Assembly: GCA_030390025.1 (NCBI GenBank)
Contig: CM059453.1
Location: 6,200,001 to 6,264,000 of the forward strand
Length of the DNA: 64,000 nucleotides
Source: Squalus acanthias
Lineage: Eukaryota
Direction: 5' to 3'
Both the position numbers and the translations under genes were made by a program. The notes beneath the pieces were generated by a model. The model was not told the DNA's origin. It searched no databases and worked only from the letters and a program-made list of their open reading frames with translations. Every line of letters starts with the position of its first letter. The stretch's first letter is position 1. Positions 1 to 12,712 of this stretch are shown here, one piece after another.

Positions 1-615
1 ATGGGAACAAACGAAGATAGTTAACCTTTTCCTCTCCCTGAAGACCATCTGCAGCGCTCCTATCAGGACCTTAAATGAGGTCAAATTAATTATAGCCAAG
101 AGTTAAATTCACCCCTGTGCCTCATAGGGTAAATTAAGCGTTTCACGTCACACTGAGCCATTAGTCTAAGAGTATCCAAGATTCTATCCCAACTGCAGAT
201 ATGGAACATAATCTTGGACCCAGTTTTCTATGTTTTGTCGGACCTAATTTTGAGTTGAAACACTTCTGTGCAATAGAGTGGTGACTGAACTATACTAAAC
301 TGGCCAACAATGAATAACTCATGTTATATATTGGGTCATAATTAGGTTCAGGAACACATATAACAACCGATTGCTTACGTAACCATTAAGTAATAACTGA
401 CAATAGGTTCCTTCCCCTGCACCATAGAGTCATAACGGCACAGAAGGAGGTCATTCGGTCCATCGAGTCCGTTCCGTCATAAGATATTAAGTGCAAAAAA
501 ATATTGTTTTTATTCAAGCTATTATCTAAGGCGTTGGGCTGAATCGCCTTGACTTTCACTACACTTTTTTTGCATTGAAAGGCACTGTAACGCGAATTCC
601 TTTCCCTCCTTACAG

Positions 616-2472
616 ATAAGTCATGGATATCAGTCTCTGGGGAACTGATTGCTGGACAACCAGCACATTTGATCTGCTCAGTCACCACCAGTTTCCCGTC
701 CGCCAAACCTGAACTGATGTGGATTCAGGACGAGGATAAACTTCCTTCACTGCAAGAGACTAAAACTTCAATACACAATGGCGAAAGTTTGGAGGGTTCC
801 TGGACGATTTCATCAACTTTCACCTTCTCCCCATCACTGGACCATAAAGGGAGATGGATGGGATATAAGCTTGTAGTCGATGGTGTCGTGGGTACTGTTC
901 AAGAAACACTTACACTGGACTGTAAGTAACTGCTGTACCCTTCATTTTCCCATCGTGTTGTTAAATCGAATCCAAACATGTCTTTATTCTCAGTGGAGTG
1001 ATAGCTGGCCTGGAAAATTGAAAAATTCAAAACTGCGATGGATAGATTTTTTTTGTTAAGTTTATTAAGGGTTACAGTAAAGCAAATGCGGGTAGACGGA
1101 GTTACGATATGGATTAACCATGATCAAATTGATTAGTGGAACAGACTGGAAGTGCTGAATGGCCTATGTTTCTATAATCAATGAATCAAATTGACGAGCT
1201 GAGATTTATTGTAAGTTGTATTATTTAACATTGATACAGACACATGGAGTAATATTGGTCGCTCCGTGGTTGTCGTTTACGTCAAATATTACTCCAAAGG
1301 CTCTTAATTCCTGATATAGTTGCAGACAGAGAGTAGCTGACACAGAGGGTCTGTGTCGAGTTGGCTAGGGCGGTGTCCAGGTTACTAGAATTGACCTAAA
1401 CAGCTCTGTTTAAAAAGGATGTGAGAGCCCATTGTTCTTGCTCTGGGAGGAATGGCCGCTTGATTGACGTATCTGTGGAGCAGAAACACGTCCAGGCAGT
1501 CACTACAACTCTTTGAAGAGAAGAGGAGGAAAGGTTCAGTTAAAGCATGTTTCAGATCTAAATATGCTTGTCGGTGGAACATCAACAATCTCAAGCTGGC
1601 TTTTCAATTTACAGTTGACAATATAACCATCAAATCTGCTTCAATATTCTTCGTTGGTTGTCAACCGGATTTTTTTTTAAACCTCTGCTCCGACATTCTC
1701 CAATAACATCAATAATCTCGCTTGTTTCACATGCACTGTGGAAACCAAGCGTCAATTCCTCTATAGTAACAGTGGAAGGAAGTTCATTATTATTATACTG
1801 AACGGCCATGGGGAACCCGCCGGTCAGTTTAACATTGCTCCGAGTTCGGACAGAGATCAGCAGGCCTTCCACCGGTGAACTAAAGCAGATATTTCACAGC
1901 ATTTGTTCTGAAGATGAGGGGGAGTATTGAGGCGTGGCTGAAAACAACCTGGGCACCGCAAACAGCTCAACTCAGATTTCTGTACAAAGTAAGTGTTATG
2001 TGAACCTATTAAATGTCAAAAGGGATATTGATGGTTCGTCTCAAATGTTGTTTAATACCGCTCCTCTGAACGTTCGCGGCGCTATCTAAATCAGACGGCT
2101 ATGTGTTGAGGAGGGGGAAATACTCTTGGCGCGCCAGTACTCGGTGCCAGCGGAAGCCCAAGGTTTCCTTTTCGAGGCAGAAGGAGCTGAATAGGACATT
2201 TAGAATGGTGGCAGTGATGGAATAAATCGGGTTATTCTGGTACAGTAAGCGCAGTCTCACTCGGTTCAGTAGCTCCACATCTAACGCACTACTTTCTGTT
2301 ACAGAGACAAGACAAATATAGAAACAGTTGTGTGAGAGGGGCTCCATTAAACCAGTCAGCTCAAAGTGAAGAGGTCCTGTATGCAGCTGTCAGTGTTTCA
2401 AACGTTCGAAAGCAGGAGCGATATCTCCAGCACGAGGAGTCCAGTGAATAAGCCGCAATTAAAAGCCAATGA
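616..2472 (+). pseudogene. Siglec-like receptor pseudogene, inverted paralog of genes A/B (exons 616-921 C2 Ig, 1731-1988 Ig, 2305-2472 ITIM tail); 5' part lies outside the window
   Basis: Exon 616-921 (tacag|..|gtaagt) gives DKSWISVSGELIAGQPAHLICSVTTSFP..GYKL, homologous to A/B domain 2 but with two Cys lost. Exon 1731-1988 matches A/B domain 3 but has acceptor AG->AC and TGA stops at 1799-1801 and 1928-1930. Exon 2305-2472 gives ..EEVLYAAVSV..SSE*AAIKSQ* with TAA at 2449-2451 in place of the distal Tyr. Confidence 0.9.
985..1175 (+). mobile_element. Short degenerate CR1 LINE 3' tail fragment
   Basis: gatggatagatttt..aagggttac..gctgaatggcctatgtttctat resembles the 3' ends of the CR1 copies elsewhere in the window. 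Confidence 0.55.
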
Positions 2473-2799
2473 AAATCAGCGGCATTCACCTATTCTGACA
2501 GATGGAACTGATCAATCTCTTCACACAATTGTTTTTTATGATTTCGAACAGAAACTCGCACTCCAGGAAGTGCTGTGATAATGGATATCATTCCGAGAGT
2601 AATAGCTACTATTTAAAAATCTCTTTGTGAGACGATTTGATTTACAATCCCTAGTTTGTTCACTCCAAACATACTTCCGAAACTGTGCAGAAGGGGGCGT
2701 GAATGGTCAATGTAATTTTAAACATTTTTAGCTGCTTTAATAATAAAATAACTATTTCACAGTTCGAAATTTTATTTCATTTCGGAACAAAAATAACAG

Positions 2800-3625
2800 A
2801 AAGACTTGCATTTCTATTGCGCCATTTACGACGTCCCAAAGTGCTTTACAGCTAATGAAATACTTTTGAAGTGTGGTCACTGTTCAAATTTTGGAAACGT
2901 GGCAGCCAATTTGCGCACAGTAAGCTCCCAAAAAAAATATAATAATGACCAGATCATCTGTTTTTGTCATGTTGATTGAGGGATAAATATTGTTCCATGA
3001 CACCGGGGATAATTCCACTGCTCTTCGTCGAAATAGTGGAAACGGGGCCTTGCTTGAATGTCTCATCCGAAAGACGGCACCTCCGGATGTGCAGCACTCC
3101 CTCAGTACTGCCCTCCGACAGTGCGGCGCTCCCTCAGTACTGTCTCTCCGACAGTGCAGCGCTCCCTCACAACTGCCGCTCCGAAAGTGCAGCGCTCCCT
3201 CAGTACTGCCCTTCCATCAGTCTGTGTCGCTCCCTCAGTACTGCCCCTCCGACAGTGCGGCGCTCCCTTAGTATTGGCCCTGCGACAATGCAGCACACCC
3301 TCAGAACTGAGCCTCCAATAGTGAGCGCTTCCTCAGTACAGTGCTCCGACAATGCCACGCTCGCTGAGGACATCCATGCCGACAGTGCGGCGCTCCCTCA
3401 GTACTGCCACTCCCACAGTGCAGCGCCCGGCCAGTAGTGTCCCTCCAACAGTACGGCGCATCCTCAGTACTGCCCCTACGACATTGTAGCGGTCCCGCAG
3501 TACTGCCCCTCCCACAGTGCAGCACTCCCTCAGTACTGCCCCTCCGACAGTGCAGCACTCCCTCAGTAATGCAATGGAGTGTAAGCCTAGATTGTTCTGC
3601 TCAAGTCTCTGGAGCGGGACCCTTC
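2800..3625 (-). mobile_element. Deu-domain-type SINE fragment containing an expanded minisatellite
   Basis: gacttgcatttcta..gtcccaaagtgctttacagctaatgaaatacttttgaagtgtggtcactgtt and ..cactccctcagta..ggagtgtaagcctagatt..ctcaagtctctggag recall DeuSINE sequence (from memory). The reverse complement of its 3' end recurs at 60460-60605. Confidence 0.65.
3091..3570. repeat. 32-bp minisatellite (gcagcactccctcagtactgccctccgacagt), ~15 degenerate copies
   Basis: Directly visible tandem units. They explain the overlapping SAALPQY / VRRSLST ORFs. Confidence 0.95.
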
Positions 3626-4124
3626 CCTATTATGTTATTAAATAGCCCTGCCGGATAACGTTGACTCTCTCTGTCGGTGGCGGGGTTAGATTTGCACACT
3701 CTCCCAGCCCAGTGAAATAAACCTTCACCTTCCTGTCAACTTCCAACTGTTTCCTTCACTACAGCAGCTAAACTTCCATAAATATTTATTCAGATTCCAT
3801 CGGTATCCTTCTGAAAGGATGGAATTATAAAGAGGCGGGTCTGCGATTAATTCAACTTGAGCTTCATGATTAGAATATTTTTCGACACGCTACCGCGACA
3901 TACGATGGCAAAGAATGTATTTCATTCTCATCCATGGCCGCACTGAGTTTGATTCGACTGAGTGGCATTCATCAGCTAGTAGGTCACTCTCTGAGATTCC
4001 AGCTTTTTTACGTGCAGATTTGTAAAACCTGCTGTCACATTCTCAAACTACCATGTTTGGATTTGAACTCTTATTCTCTGGATTACTCTCATTGCATTCC
4101 CTACCGGTTAGTAAAGTGAGAAAC

Positions 4125-4690
4125 AAACTTTAATTCAGCTCCCCATTCCCACTCTGACCTCTCTGTCCTCCGCCTCCTACATTGTTCCAATGAAGCCAAA
4201 TGGAAGCTCGAGGAACAGCACCTCATCTTTCGATTAGGCACTTTAGAGCCTTCCGGACTCAACATTGAGTTCCACAATTTCAGTTCATAACCTCTGCCCA
4301 CATTTTGTCGGACGGAAGCTGATGCTGATGATTCTGCTATTTCCATTTACATCTCCTCCAAATCCATCTTTTGTTTATTTACTTGTCCCATACCATATAC
4401 TTTCACCTTGCACCATCATCCTTTTTGTCACTTAATCTCCACTGCCGTCCACCCTATCACAGAACTTCCCTCTTGTTTCTTTCCTCCCCTCCCCCTTACC
4501 CTGCCTCTGCACTTGCTTAAAACCTATTACATCTCTAACTTTTTCCAGTTCTCATGAAACTTCACCGACCTTAAACGTTAACTCTGTTTCTCTCTCCACG
4601 GATGCTGCCTGAGCTGCTGAGTATTTCTAACATTTTCTGTTTTCATTTCAGGTTTCCAGGATCTGCAATCATTTGCTTTTGTATTTTATT
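4125..4690 (+). mobile_element. Penelope-like retroelement 3' fragment (GIY-YIG C-terminus plus tail)
   Basis: Translates FNSAPHSHSDLSVLRLLHCSNEAKWKLEEQHLIFRLGTLEPSGLNIEFHNF*. Followed by a tail (ctctgtttctctctccacggatgctgcctg..) that also occurs inverted at 35540-35950 and 56205-56620. Confidence 0.8.
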
Positions 4691-5029
4691 TACAATAACT
4701 TATTTGCTGGCACAGTGTAATACATTCCAAAGTCCCAGTTAAATTAAAAAGCACGCTGATTGCCATAAAATGACTGTGTTCAAACGGCAACCAGATAATA
4801 AGCATGAAGTGAAGCAAAGAGTCACCTTGGTAAATCGCCACCCTTTACTATAATTCAAAATAATACACACAGGATATGTTGTTAATAGGAACAAGCATTC
4901 CAACAGGAACTTTACAAGCTTCACTATGTTTTCCGTTTAAGATTCCCGTCAGCTAATTGGAACTTCCTGTGCTTTCACTGCAATGTGGTTCAAATGGTCT
5001 TTGCGCTGTTCCTTCCATCGACAGGATGT

Positions 5030-6890
5030 CCGTAAAGCGACCAGTTCATAAAAACTGACTGTAAAATCTTCTATAGATATGTGAAGAGAAAAAGATTGTT
5101 GAAGTCAAGCGTACGTCCCTTGCAGTCAGAATCAGGGGAATATATTATGGGAAACAAAGAAATGGCAGACCAATTAAATACATACTTTGGTTCTATCTTC
5201 ACAAAGGAGGATACAAATAACCTCCCAGAGATGTCGGGGAACATAGGATCTAATGAGAGGGAGGAATTGAATGAAATCAATATTTGTAGGGAAATAGTGT
5301 TCGGGAAATTGACGGGATTGAAGGCCGATAAATCCCCAGCGCCTGATAATCTACATCCTAGGGTACTTAAGGAAGTGGCCCTAGAAATAGTAGATTAATT
5401 GCTGGTCATCTTCCAAAATTCTATAGACTCTGGAACAGTTCCCATGGATTGGAGGATAGCTAATGTAACCCCACTATTTAAAAAAGATGGCAGTGAGAAA
5501 ACGGGGAATTATAGACCGGTAAGTATGACATCGGTAGTGGGGAAAATGCTTCAGTCCATTATAAAAGATGTAATAGCAGAGCACTTGGAAAACAGTGACA
5601 GGATAGGACCAAGTCAACATGGATTTACAAAAGGTAATTCATGCTTGACTAATCTATTGGAATTTTTTGAGGATGTAATTGGCAGAATAGATAATGGAGA
5701 ACCAATGGATGTGGTGTATTTGGACATTAAGAAGGCTTTCGATAAGTAGCCGCATAAGAGATTAGCGTGCAAAATTAAAGCACACGGGATTGGGGGTAAG
5801 GTACATTCTTGGATAGAGAACTGGTTGGCAGACAGGAAGCAAAGAGTTAAAATAACCGGGTCTTTTTCCGAGTAGCGTAGCAGGCAGTGACTAGTGGGGT
5901 ACCGCAGGGATCGGTGCTGGGACCCCAGCTATTCACAATATATATAGATGATCTAGACGAGGGAACTAGATGTAATATCTCCAAGTTTGCAGACGGCACA
6001 AAGCTGGGTGGGTGTGTGTGTCGTGAGGAGGCTGCAGATAAACTCCAGAATGATTTGGACAGATTGGGTGATTGGCCAGATGCATGGCAAATGTAGTATC
6101 ATGTGGATAAATGTGAGGTTATCCAGTTCGGTGGAAAAAACAGAAAGACAGATTATTACCTGAACGGCAACAGATTGGGAAAAGGGGAAGTGCAACGAGA
6201 CCTGTGTGTCCTTGTGCACCAGTCGCTGAAGGTAAGCATGCAAGTGCAGCAGGCGGTTATGAAGGCAAATAGTATGTTGGCCTTCATAGCGAGAGGATTT
6301 GAGTATAGGAGCAAGGATGTTTTGCTGCAGTTGTACAGGGCCTTGGTGAGACCGCACCTTGAGTATTGTGTGCAGTTTTGTTCACCTTATCTGAGGAAGG
6401 AAGTTATTGCCATGGAGAGAGTGCAGCGAAGATTCAACAGACTGATACCTGGGATGGCAGAAATGACGTATGAAGAGAGATTCGGTCGATTAGGCTTATA
6501 TTCGCTAGAGTTTAGAAGAATGAGAGTGGATCTCATTGGAACTTATAAAATGCTAACAGGACTAGACAGACTAGATGCGGGGGAGTAAAGAACCAGGGGT
6601 CACAGTCTAAGGATCAGTGGTAAGCCATTTAGGACAGAGATGAGGAGGAATTTCTGCACCCAGAGAGTGGTTAACCTGTGGAATTCTCTCTCACATAAGG
6701 CAGTTGGGGACAATTCATTAAATATATTCAAGAAGGAGTTAGATATATTTCTTAACGCTAAAGGGGTCAAGGGATATGGGGAGAAAGCAGGGACAGCGTA
6801 CTGAATTTGAATGATCAGTCATGATCTCATTAAATAGCGGAAAAGGCTAGAGGGGCCGAACGGCCTACTCCTGCTCCTATCTTCTATGAA
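5030..6890 (+). mobile_element. 5'-truncated CR1 LINE (ORF2 reverse transcriptase, disrupted)
   Basis: [60 protein letters not shown] motifs with stops; 3' tail cctactcctgctcctatcttctatg. Confidence 0.95.
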
Positions 6891-7529
6891 AAAAAGTTAT
6901 CTGAAAAAGCAGACGCCATCTGATGGACAACGGAAGCAAGTGCCTCGCATCATGCAAACAACATTCTCCAGCCATATCTGCTTCGTTTAACGCACCTGCA
7001 CATAATTAAACAGTCTAGGTTGGGGAAGTTGAGGTAAACTAGCTGTTTGTATGGGCAAGATGCGGGATTTATGATCCCTGTTGGACTCAAACGTGTCTGA
7101 TGATACAGTGACAGATCGCCTATGTAATGCTATCGGCTTGCCACTGTGTGGCGCTGCTGGATTGCAAACCCTTCTTCCGCACAGAACATGGAACAAGCAA
7201 GAGCCCGGGCTGCAGGAGGAATGAGAGAAATTACAACAAAGTGTAATTTAAATTCAGATTGTAGATTGTCCAACAGTCTGAAAAACCAAGGACCAATTCA
7301 GCAATTAGTCTGTCCGCTTTCTAGCTCAACTGGGCGATGCACTTAATGTCAGTCAGAGCTCCCGCTACTTTTATAAATCCCGCCGACACTCGCTTTGAGG
7401 CTTGCAAACTAAAATCTGATTATTTGAGAGCTACCGGCGGGACGCACATTTCAACAAGAAACAAGAAGTCCAGAAGAGGGGCTTAATTGCAAAATTAGCC
7501 GTGGGAAAAATGCAGGGGAGATTTTAAAA

Positions 7530-8021
7530 ATAACTATCGGCGGTGGGCCTCGCTGGCAAAGCCGGCATTTATTGCCCATCCCTAGATTCCCTTGAGAAGG
7601 GGCTGCTGAGGCGCCTTCTTGAACAGGTGCAATATTTTCGTTTATTCATTCACGGGATGTGCGCGCCGCTGTCAAGGCCAGAATTTATTGCCTATCCCTA
7701 ATTGCCCTTAACTTAGTGGCTTGCTCCGCCATTTAACCGGGCAGTTAAGAGTTAACTACATTGCCGTGGTTCCGGAGTCACATGTAGGCCAGTCCGGGTA
7801 AGGACGGCAGATTTCCTTCCCTGAAGGACATTAATGAAACAGTTGGGTTTTTCCAACTATCCGGTAGTTTAAAGGTCAGCGTTACTGATACTAGCTTTCT
7901 ATACCAGATTTATTTAATAAACTGAATTTAAATTCCCCGGCTGCCCTGGTGGATTTGAACTCATGTCTCCGGATCATTAGTTCAGGCCTCTGGTTTACTA
8001 GTCCAGTAACACAACCATTAT
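7530..8021 (-). mobile_element. tRNA-derived SINE (7640-8021) plus an extra tail fragment (7530-7625)
   Basis: Reverse complement of the SINE at 59150-59570; B-box-like GAGTTCAAATCC on the minus strand; tail gggcaattagggataggcaataaa. Confidence 0.75.
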
Positions 8022-9124
8022 GTGGACCTGCAAATTGCCAAAAAAATTTAACTAATCATCCTTATAGTGAAAGCGTATTAATAATCCGGTTGGCTCTCCT
8101 GTTTAATAGTCTATTGATACATTGCATTATATTTTTGGAAGCAGCTAAACGTGATTCAATAACAGGCAATAGTCAACACAAAGGCAGTAGCAATAATTTT
8201 TTTGTGCTCAGGGGCAGCAACATGGGTCTGCACTGCACCCATTGGTCCAAATCGTCCATCAGTGTACAGCGTGTTTAACATTTCTAATCCGATGAGAAGG
8301 CTGTTTACTGTCCGTCAGATTTCCCCTACACTGTATCTATCGGATGGGCACTCGGAAATGTAGCATTATGGAGACCAGAGTGCACGGTTTCACGTTCCTC
8401 CCCATTCCTTCTTTCGCGGACGCTTCCTCCTTAGGTAATAAATCAGCTTTCGGTGATCCAGGATGGCAGTGCGCTGCATCGCACACTTTAACCGATGGAG
8501 TTGAGCAATGCAGCTCCGAAAGTAATCAATTCGCTCATTGATCAATCTTGGCTGCGGGAATCCTAATGGACTCGGAGCCCCGGGTTAGAGAGGCGCAATT
8601 TATCCATAGTCTTTATCACAGTTCAGTGAACCCTTCTGCAAGTAGTCTTTTCAATATCCAGTGTGGACAGGAGCAGACGCCGGGGTATTGGGCCTCGGGT
8701 CAAACCTCGTAGTGAAGGGAGGCATCTGCAAATAAAGCAGCTTAAGAGAGTGATTGGAGAAATCGAACTCCAGCAAGGGTTCAAGTTGGAAGTGAAGAAT
8801 ACTGGGGCAAATAGTGCAAGCAAGAACAACGAGCGTTTCCAATGTCTTGATTGTAAAAACCTGTATTATCTCTTCGTTGTTATCATTGGATCTATTTGAA
8901 AAAGAAACTTTGTAATTCAGAGAAGCGTCCTCTCTACCTTCTGGTCCTTTTCAGGTAAATTTAATAGCTGCATATTCGCTGATCTCCTTGCTATGTACAT
9001 ATCCGTGCCCTTGAGGAATAGTTGAAAAGCGCACACTGGCGTAAGTATTTTCTTCCTTCTGCTCAGTTGAGTTGGATATCACCTCCAGCAGTCACTTTCT
9101 GGATGATCCCTCTGCAACAGAAAG

Positions 9125-9232
9125 AACACGTGCAGCGTATAAAAGAGGATACGTGGTACAGATACTGAAATAACACGGGGTACAAATAGACAAAGAACAC
9201 GTGGTACAGATACACAAATAACACGTGGTACA
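9125..9232. repeat. 24-bp tandem repeat (aacacgtggtacagatacacaaat), 4-5 copies
   Basis: Visible tandem units; they give the VPRV repeats in the minus-strand ORF. Confidence 0.85.
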
Positions 9233-9405
9233 GCGATATCAAGAAGGTTTCCTGATTCGATTATAACAGAATCAGTGTTGTGAAACACAACATACGGGGA
9301 TAGAGAGACTCACGCTGTTCTCTCTTACCATTGCATTCTGTGTGTTAGCGACATGTAAATATAGTTATTATGGCGAGTTCGGATGAAAGTATAGTTTCTG
9401 GCTAC

Positions 9406-9420
9406 GGCCAGCAGGTGGCG
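9406..9420 (+). promoter_or_regulatory. CTCF-like motif (forward)
   Basis: GGCCAGCAGGTGGCG matches the CTCF core CCASYAGRKGGCR. Confidence 0.5.
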
Positions 9421-10049
9421 TGTTGGAGCCACTGTATTTAATCCCGTGACACGCTGTCAGTACACGGGAGATCTAATTCTATTTACTACTAACTGACTGT
9501 TGTTGTCAGTTCCCTGTGTATCTTTTCGTTTCAGAACACGTTGGAGTAGGATTTGTCTTGGACGGAAGCGCAAAACGGAACGGCCGCCTGCTACATTGCC
9601 TTTTACTATTTAATTCCCTGCGATGCGATAACGCCAGTTTTAGGCTAGCGCCCCCGATTAATTTCTACTCTGGGTAGCGCACGTTTATAGGGCTTTCAAT
9701 TGTTCACTGGGATCCACTGGACATTGTTAACTCAAGCGCTCTGGCTGCCAGTGGGCTCCGTGCACACAGTTGTGCCTGACCCTGGGCTTACGCGGTCAAA
9801 ATACGGGCCCGGTGACGAGATGGGAAGGGGTCACTCGGCAGTGATCAGGAATTGGATCACTGGCTGTTTCATTCCATTTAGCGTCGATGTCATTCATGGT
9901 GCGGCCGCTGCCAGCCTCGCACAGACCTGCGAATAAAGCATGGGACCGTTTACCACCTGAGCAGACTTCACCCTCAGACTGTATGTGTTAGCTCTGATAT
10001 AAACCAGCGAGGCAATTAGGCCATAGTTAATCCTTTGGTTGCACAGCAC

Positions 10050-10760
10050 GTTCTATATATAAACCACCCGAACCCCTTGATTATATTCCAGCCTGTAACT
10101 CTCTCGCCGAGTATCCGTTATTCTTTATATAAATCCCGCGACTCCTCGATTAGAATCCAGCCTGTAACTCTCTCCCGGGTGTCTGTAATTCAACATATAA
10201 ATCCTCCTCCGAACCCTTAGATTAGATTCCAGCCTGTAACTCAATCAAAAATGTTATTCTGTATATAAATCACACGAACCCCTCGATTAGATTCCAGTCT
10301 GTAACTCACTCCCGGGTATCTGTTATTCTATATATAAACCCCCCGAACCCCTCAATTAGATTCCAGCCTGTAACTCACTCCCGGGTACCTGTTATTCTGT
10401 ATACAAACCACACTGACACACCTCGATTATATTCCGATCTGTAACTCACTCCCAGTTATCTGATATTCTTTCTATAACACCGCCCTCTCCCGAACTCCTC
10501 GATTAGATTACAGACTTTAACTCACTCCCAGGTATCTGTTAGTTTATATATAATCACACAAAACCACTCGATTAGATTCCAGCCTGTAACTCAGTCCCGA
10601 GTAACCGTTATTCTACATATAAACCACCAAAACAATAGATCAGAATCCAATCGCGAAGTCATTGTTGGGTATCTGTTAATGTACACATAAGCGATTCGAA
10701 ACTCTTCGTTAGATTTCAGCCTATGACCTACATTTAGCTATCCTTTTCCCTACTTATAAA
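10050..10760. repeat. ~65-75-bp minisatellite (tatataaaccacccgaacccctcgattagattccagcctgtaactcactcccgggtatctgttattc), ~10-11 copies
   Basis: The ttccagcctgtaactc core recurs near 10086, 10156, 10227, 10292, 10361, 10432, 10509 and 10577, decaying towards the right end. Confidence 0.95.
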
Positions 10761-11199
10761 CAGTAAAACTGCTAGATTGGATCCATTAGCGAAAACATTT
10801 GGCTGGTATGTGATCTGTCTTCAACTCTTTTCGATTTCACTGAGAATGCAAATTGGAGATAATCATCAGGAACCATTGCTGGTGTCAATGCATCCATCAC
10901 ACGGTGCATCTCTTGTCTCAGTTACGCTATCAACAGTCGCAGTTCAACAGCTCTCCTGCACAGTTTTGACGTTTAAAAAGTGTCATGCCTTTGTAGCCTC
11001 GCTTTGATTAACTGTCCGTTTAACGATGATTTAAAGATGACCCATTTTGATATTTCTACCATTCCCTATCCATGGCACTGCTCAAACTCTCCATATCAAA
11101 CGCTTATATCTAACAACAATAAGAGATCACATCGCATTTCACTGAGATAGTTTTCAATTATTGAAGATAGGTGATGTAGAAATTTGTTATCTCACTTTG

Positions 11200-11945
11200 C
11201 ACTCCCAGTATCCTTTAGCCACAATATTTTATATTGGCGCGGTTTTTGTAGTAGGTGTTGCGAGGTAGAGTACGGTGCAATTCCTTCTTTGAAATCCACC
11301 GCAAGTTCGGGATTTCTGCATGCGCCTTTTGGATCTTGCGGTCTGTCAGCGTACGTGCTGATAGGCCAGCCGCGCGGACCAAGAGAAAGCGATTGCTGGC
11401 CAGAAATTGCACACGGAAATTTTACGGTTGATGCGGACAGGCGAAGAGCCTGTTTGCATCTGCGTAAGAAGATTTTTCTGGCATGATTGAAACATATTAA
11501 AGTCGTAAATTATACACATACACTGTATCAAATGAGTTTCCGCAAATATTGGCCCAACTTAGAGTTTTCAAGATGTTGAAAATGATCAAAAATTACATTT
11601 TAAGTGAGGTTGGTGGACTGATGCAAATTACGATCTAAATTCCAATTCTGTAAATTGTAATTAAATTAGATTTTGGGATTCTATTACATCGCATCACGAG
11701 ATTCCATTCGGAAATGATTAAAATCGAATTCTGCTTTTTGATTGGAGGACCAGGCCCACGTGAGCCCTGGTAAACTTTCGCACCGCCTGCGACCCTGGGA
11801 TATTTAGGGCATTGCAGTGCCCTCCGCCTCGCATCCTGAGACTGCAGGTTTTCGCAGCCTCGCCGCCATCAGATAGGTGCATAATTATTTCACCCGTCGG
11901 AGGCGTACGCTGTAGGCACACCTCCAAGCGCAATTATTGCCCATT
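11200..11945. mobile_element. Degenerate copy of a GC-rich non-coding dispersed repeat (putative MITE family)
   Basis: Shares blocks (tgcgc..gatct..ctgtc; gattgg..ggcccacgtga) with 14095-14868 and 15088-15861. Confidence 0.5.
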
Positions 11946-12524
11946 AGATACAGTCTTTTCCTGAATTAAGACTATTAATAATGATCGACAATATCCGTAT
12001 TAGTTTGTTGCTGGTTCTGCGTGTGCAGCATGCACCAGTCCACGATTCATGTCGAGTCAAAATGAGAATCGATGAGCCAAAGTTTCATTCAAGGCACACA
12101 GATGTAATTCAACTCTTTGGTTAATCGAGTTTTGTTTTCATGATCAGAAAGGGAAAATTTTCAGCCTTTAATTTATATTGTTTGACCATGTACAAATACA
12201 GGACTGATTTTAAATGGCACGGTGTGATAGTTGTGCATGAATAATTTACTAGCCTTAGATTAATACTGTGTGATAATAACTTACGAATGTTTAACACATA
12301 AACAACTTGAAATGGCAATCTGGGAATCGGTGCAAGGGAGAACCTAGTGTTGAGATGTCACTGTGTCAGAATAGCGTAGGAATTCTAAACAGCACATTGA
12401 AAAGACATCGATGTAGATTATTAACATGAGCTCGGTCGTTGTAATTCGACAGTCTATTAATATTAATCAATTTAAGACAGATTCCACAACTTCACTTTTG
12501 TGTCGGTGTGTAACTGATGATATA

Positions 12525-12712
12525 NNNNNNNNNNNNNNNNNNNNNNNNNNNNNNNNNNNNNNNNNNNNNNNNNNNNNNNNNNNNNNNNNNNNNNNNNNNN
12601 NNNNNNNNNNNNNNNNNNNNNNNNNNNNNNNNNNNNNNNNNNNNNNNNNNNNNNNNNNNNNNNNNNNNNNNNNNNNNNNNNNNNNNNNNNNNNNNNNNNN
12701 NNNNNNNNNNNN
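12525..12712. other. Assembly gap (188 N)
   Basis: Run of N. Confidence 1.

Noticed and set aside
2976-3658. Overlapping ORFs in several frames
   Set aside because: They are products of the 32-bp minisatellite.
8915-9050. Splice-like signals (ttttcag..gtaagt)
   Set aside because: All three frames of 8955-9040 hit stops and there is no similarity to the receptor exons.
10050-10760. CRISPR-like regular repeats (also 3091-3570)
   Set aside because: Whole units repeat with no unique spacers, there are no cas genes, and the context is vertebrate.
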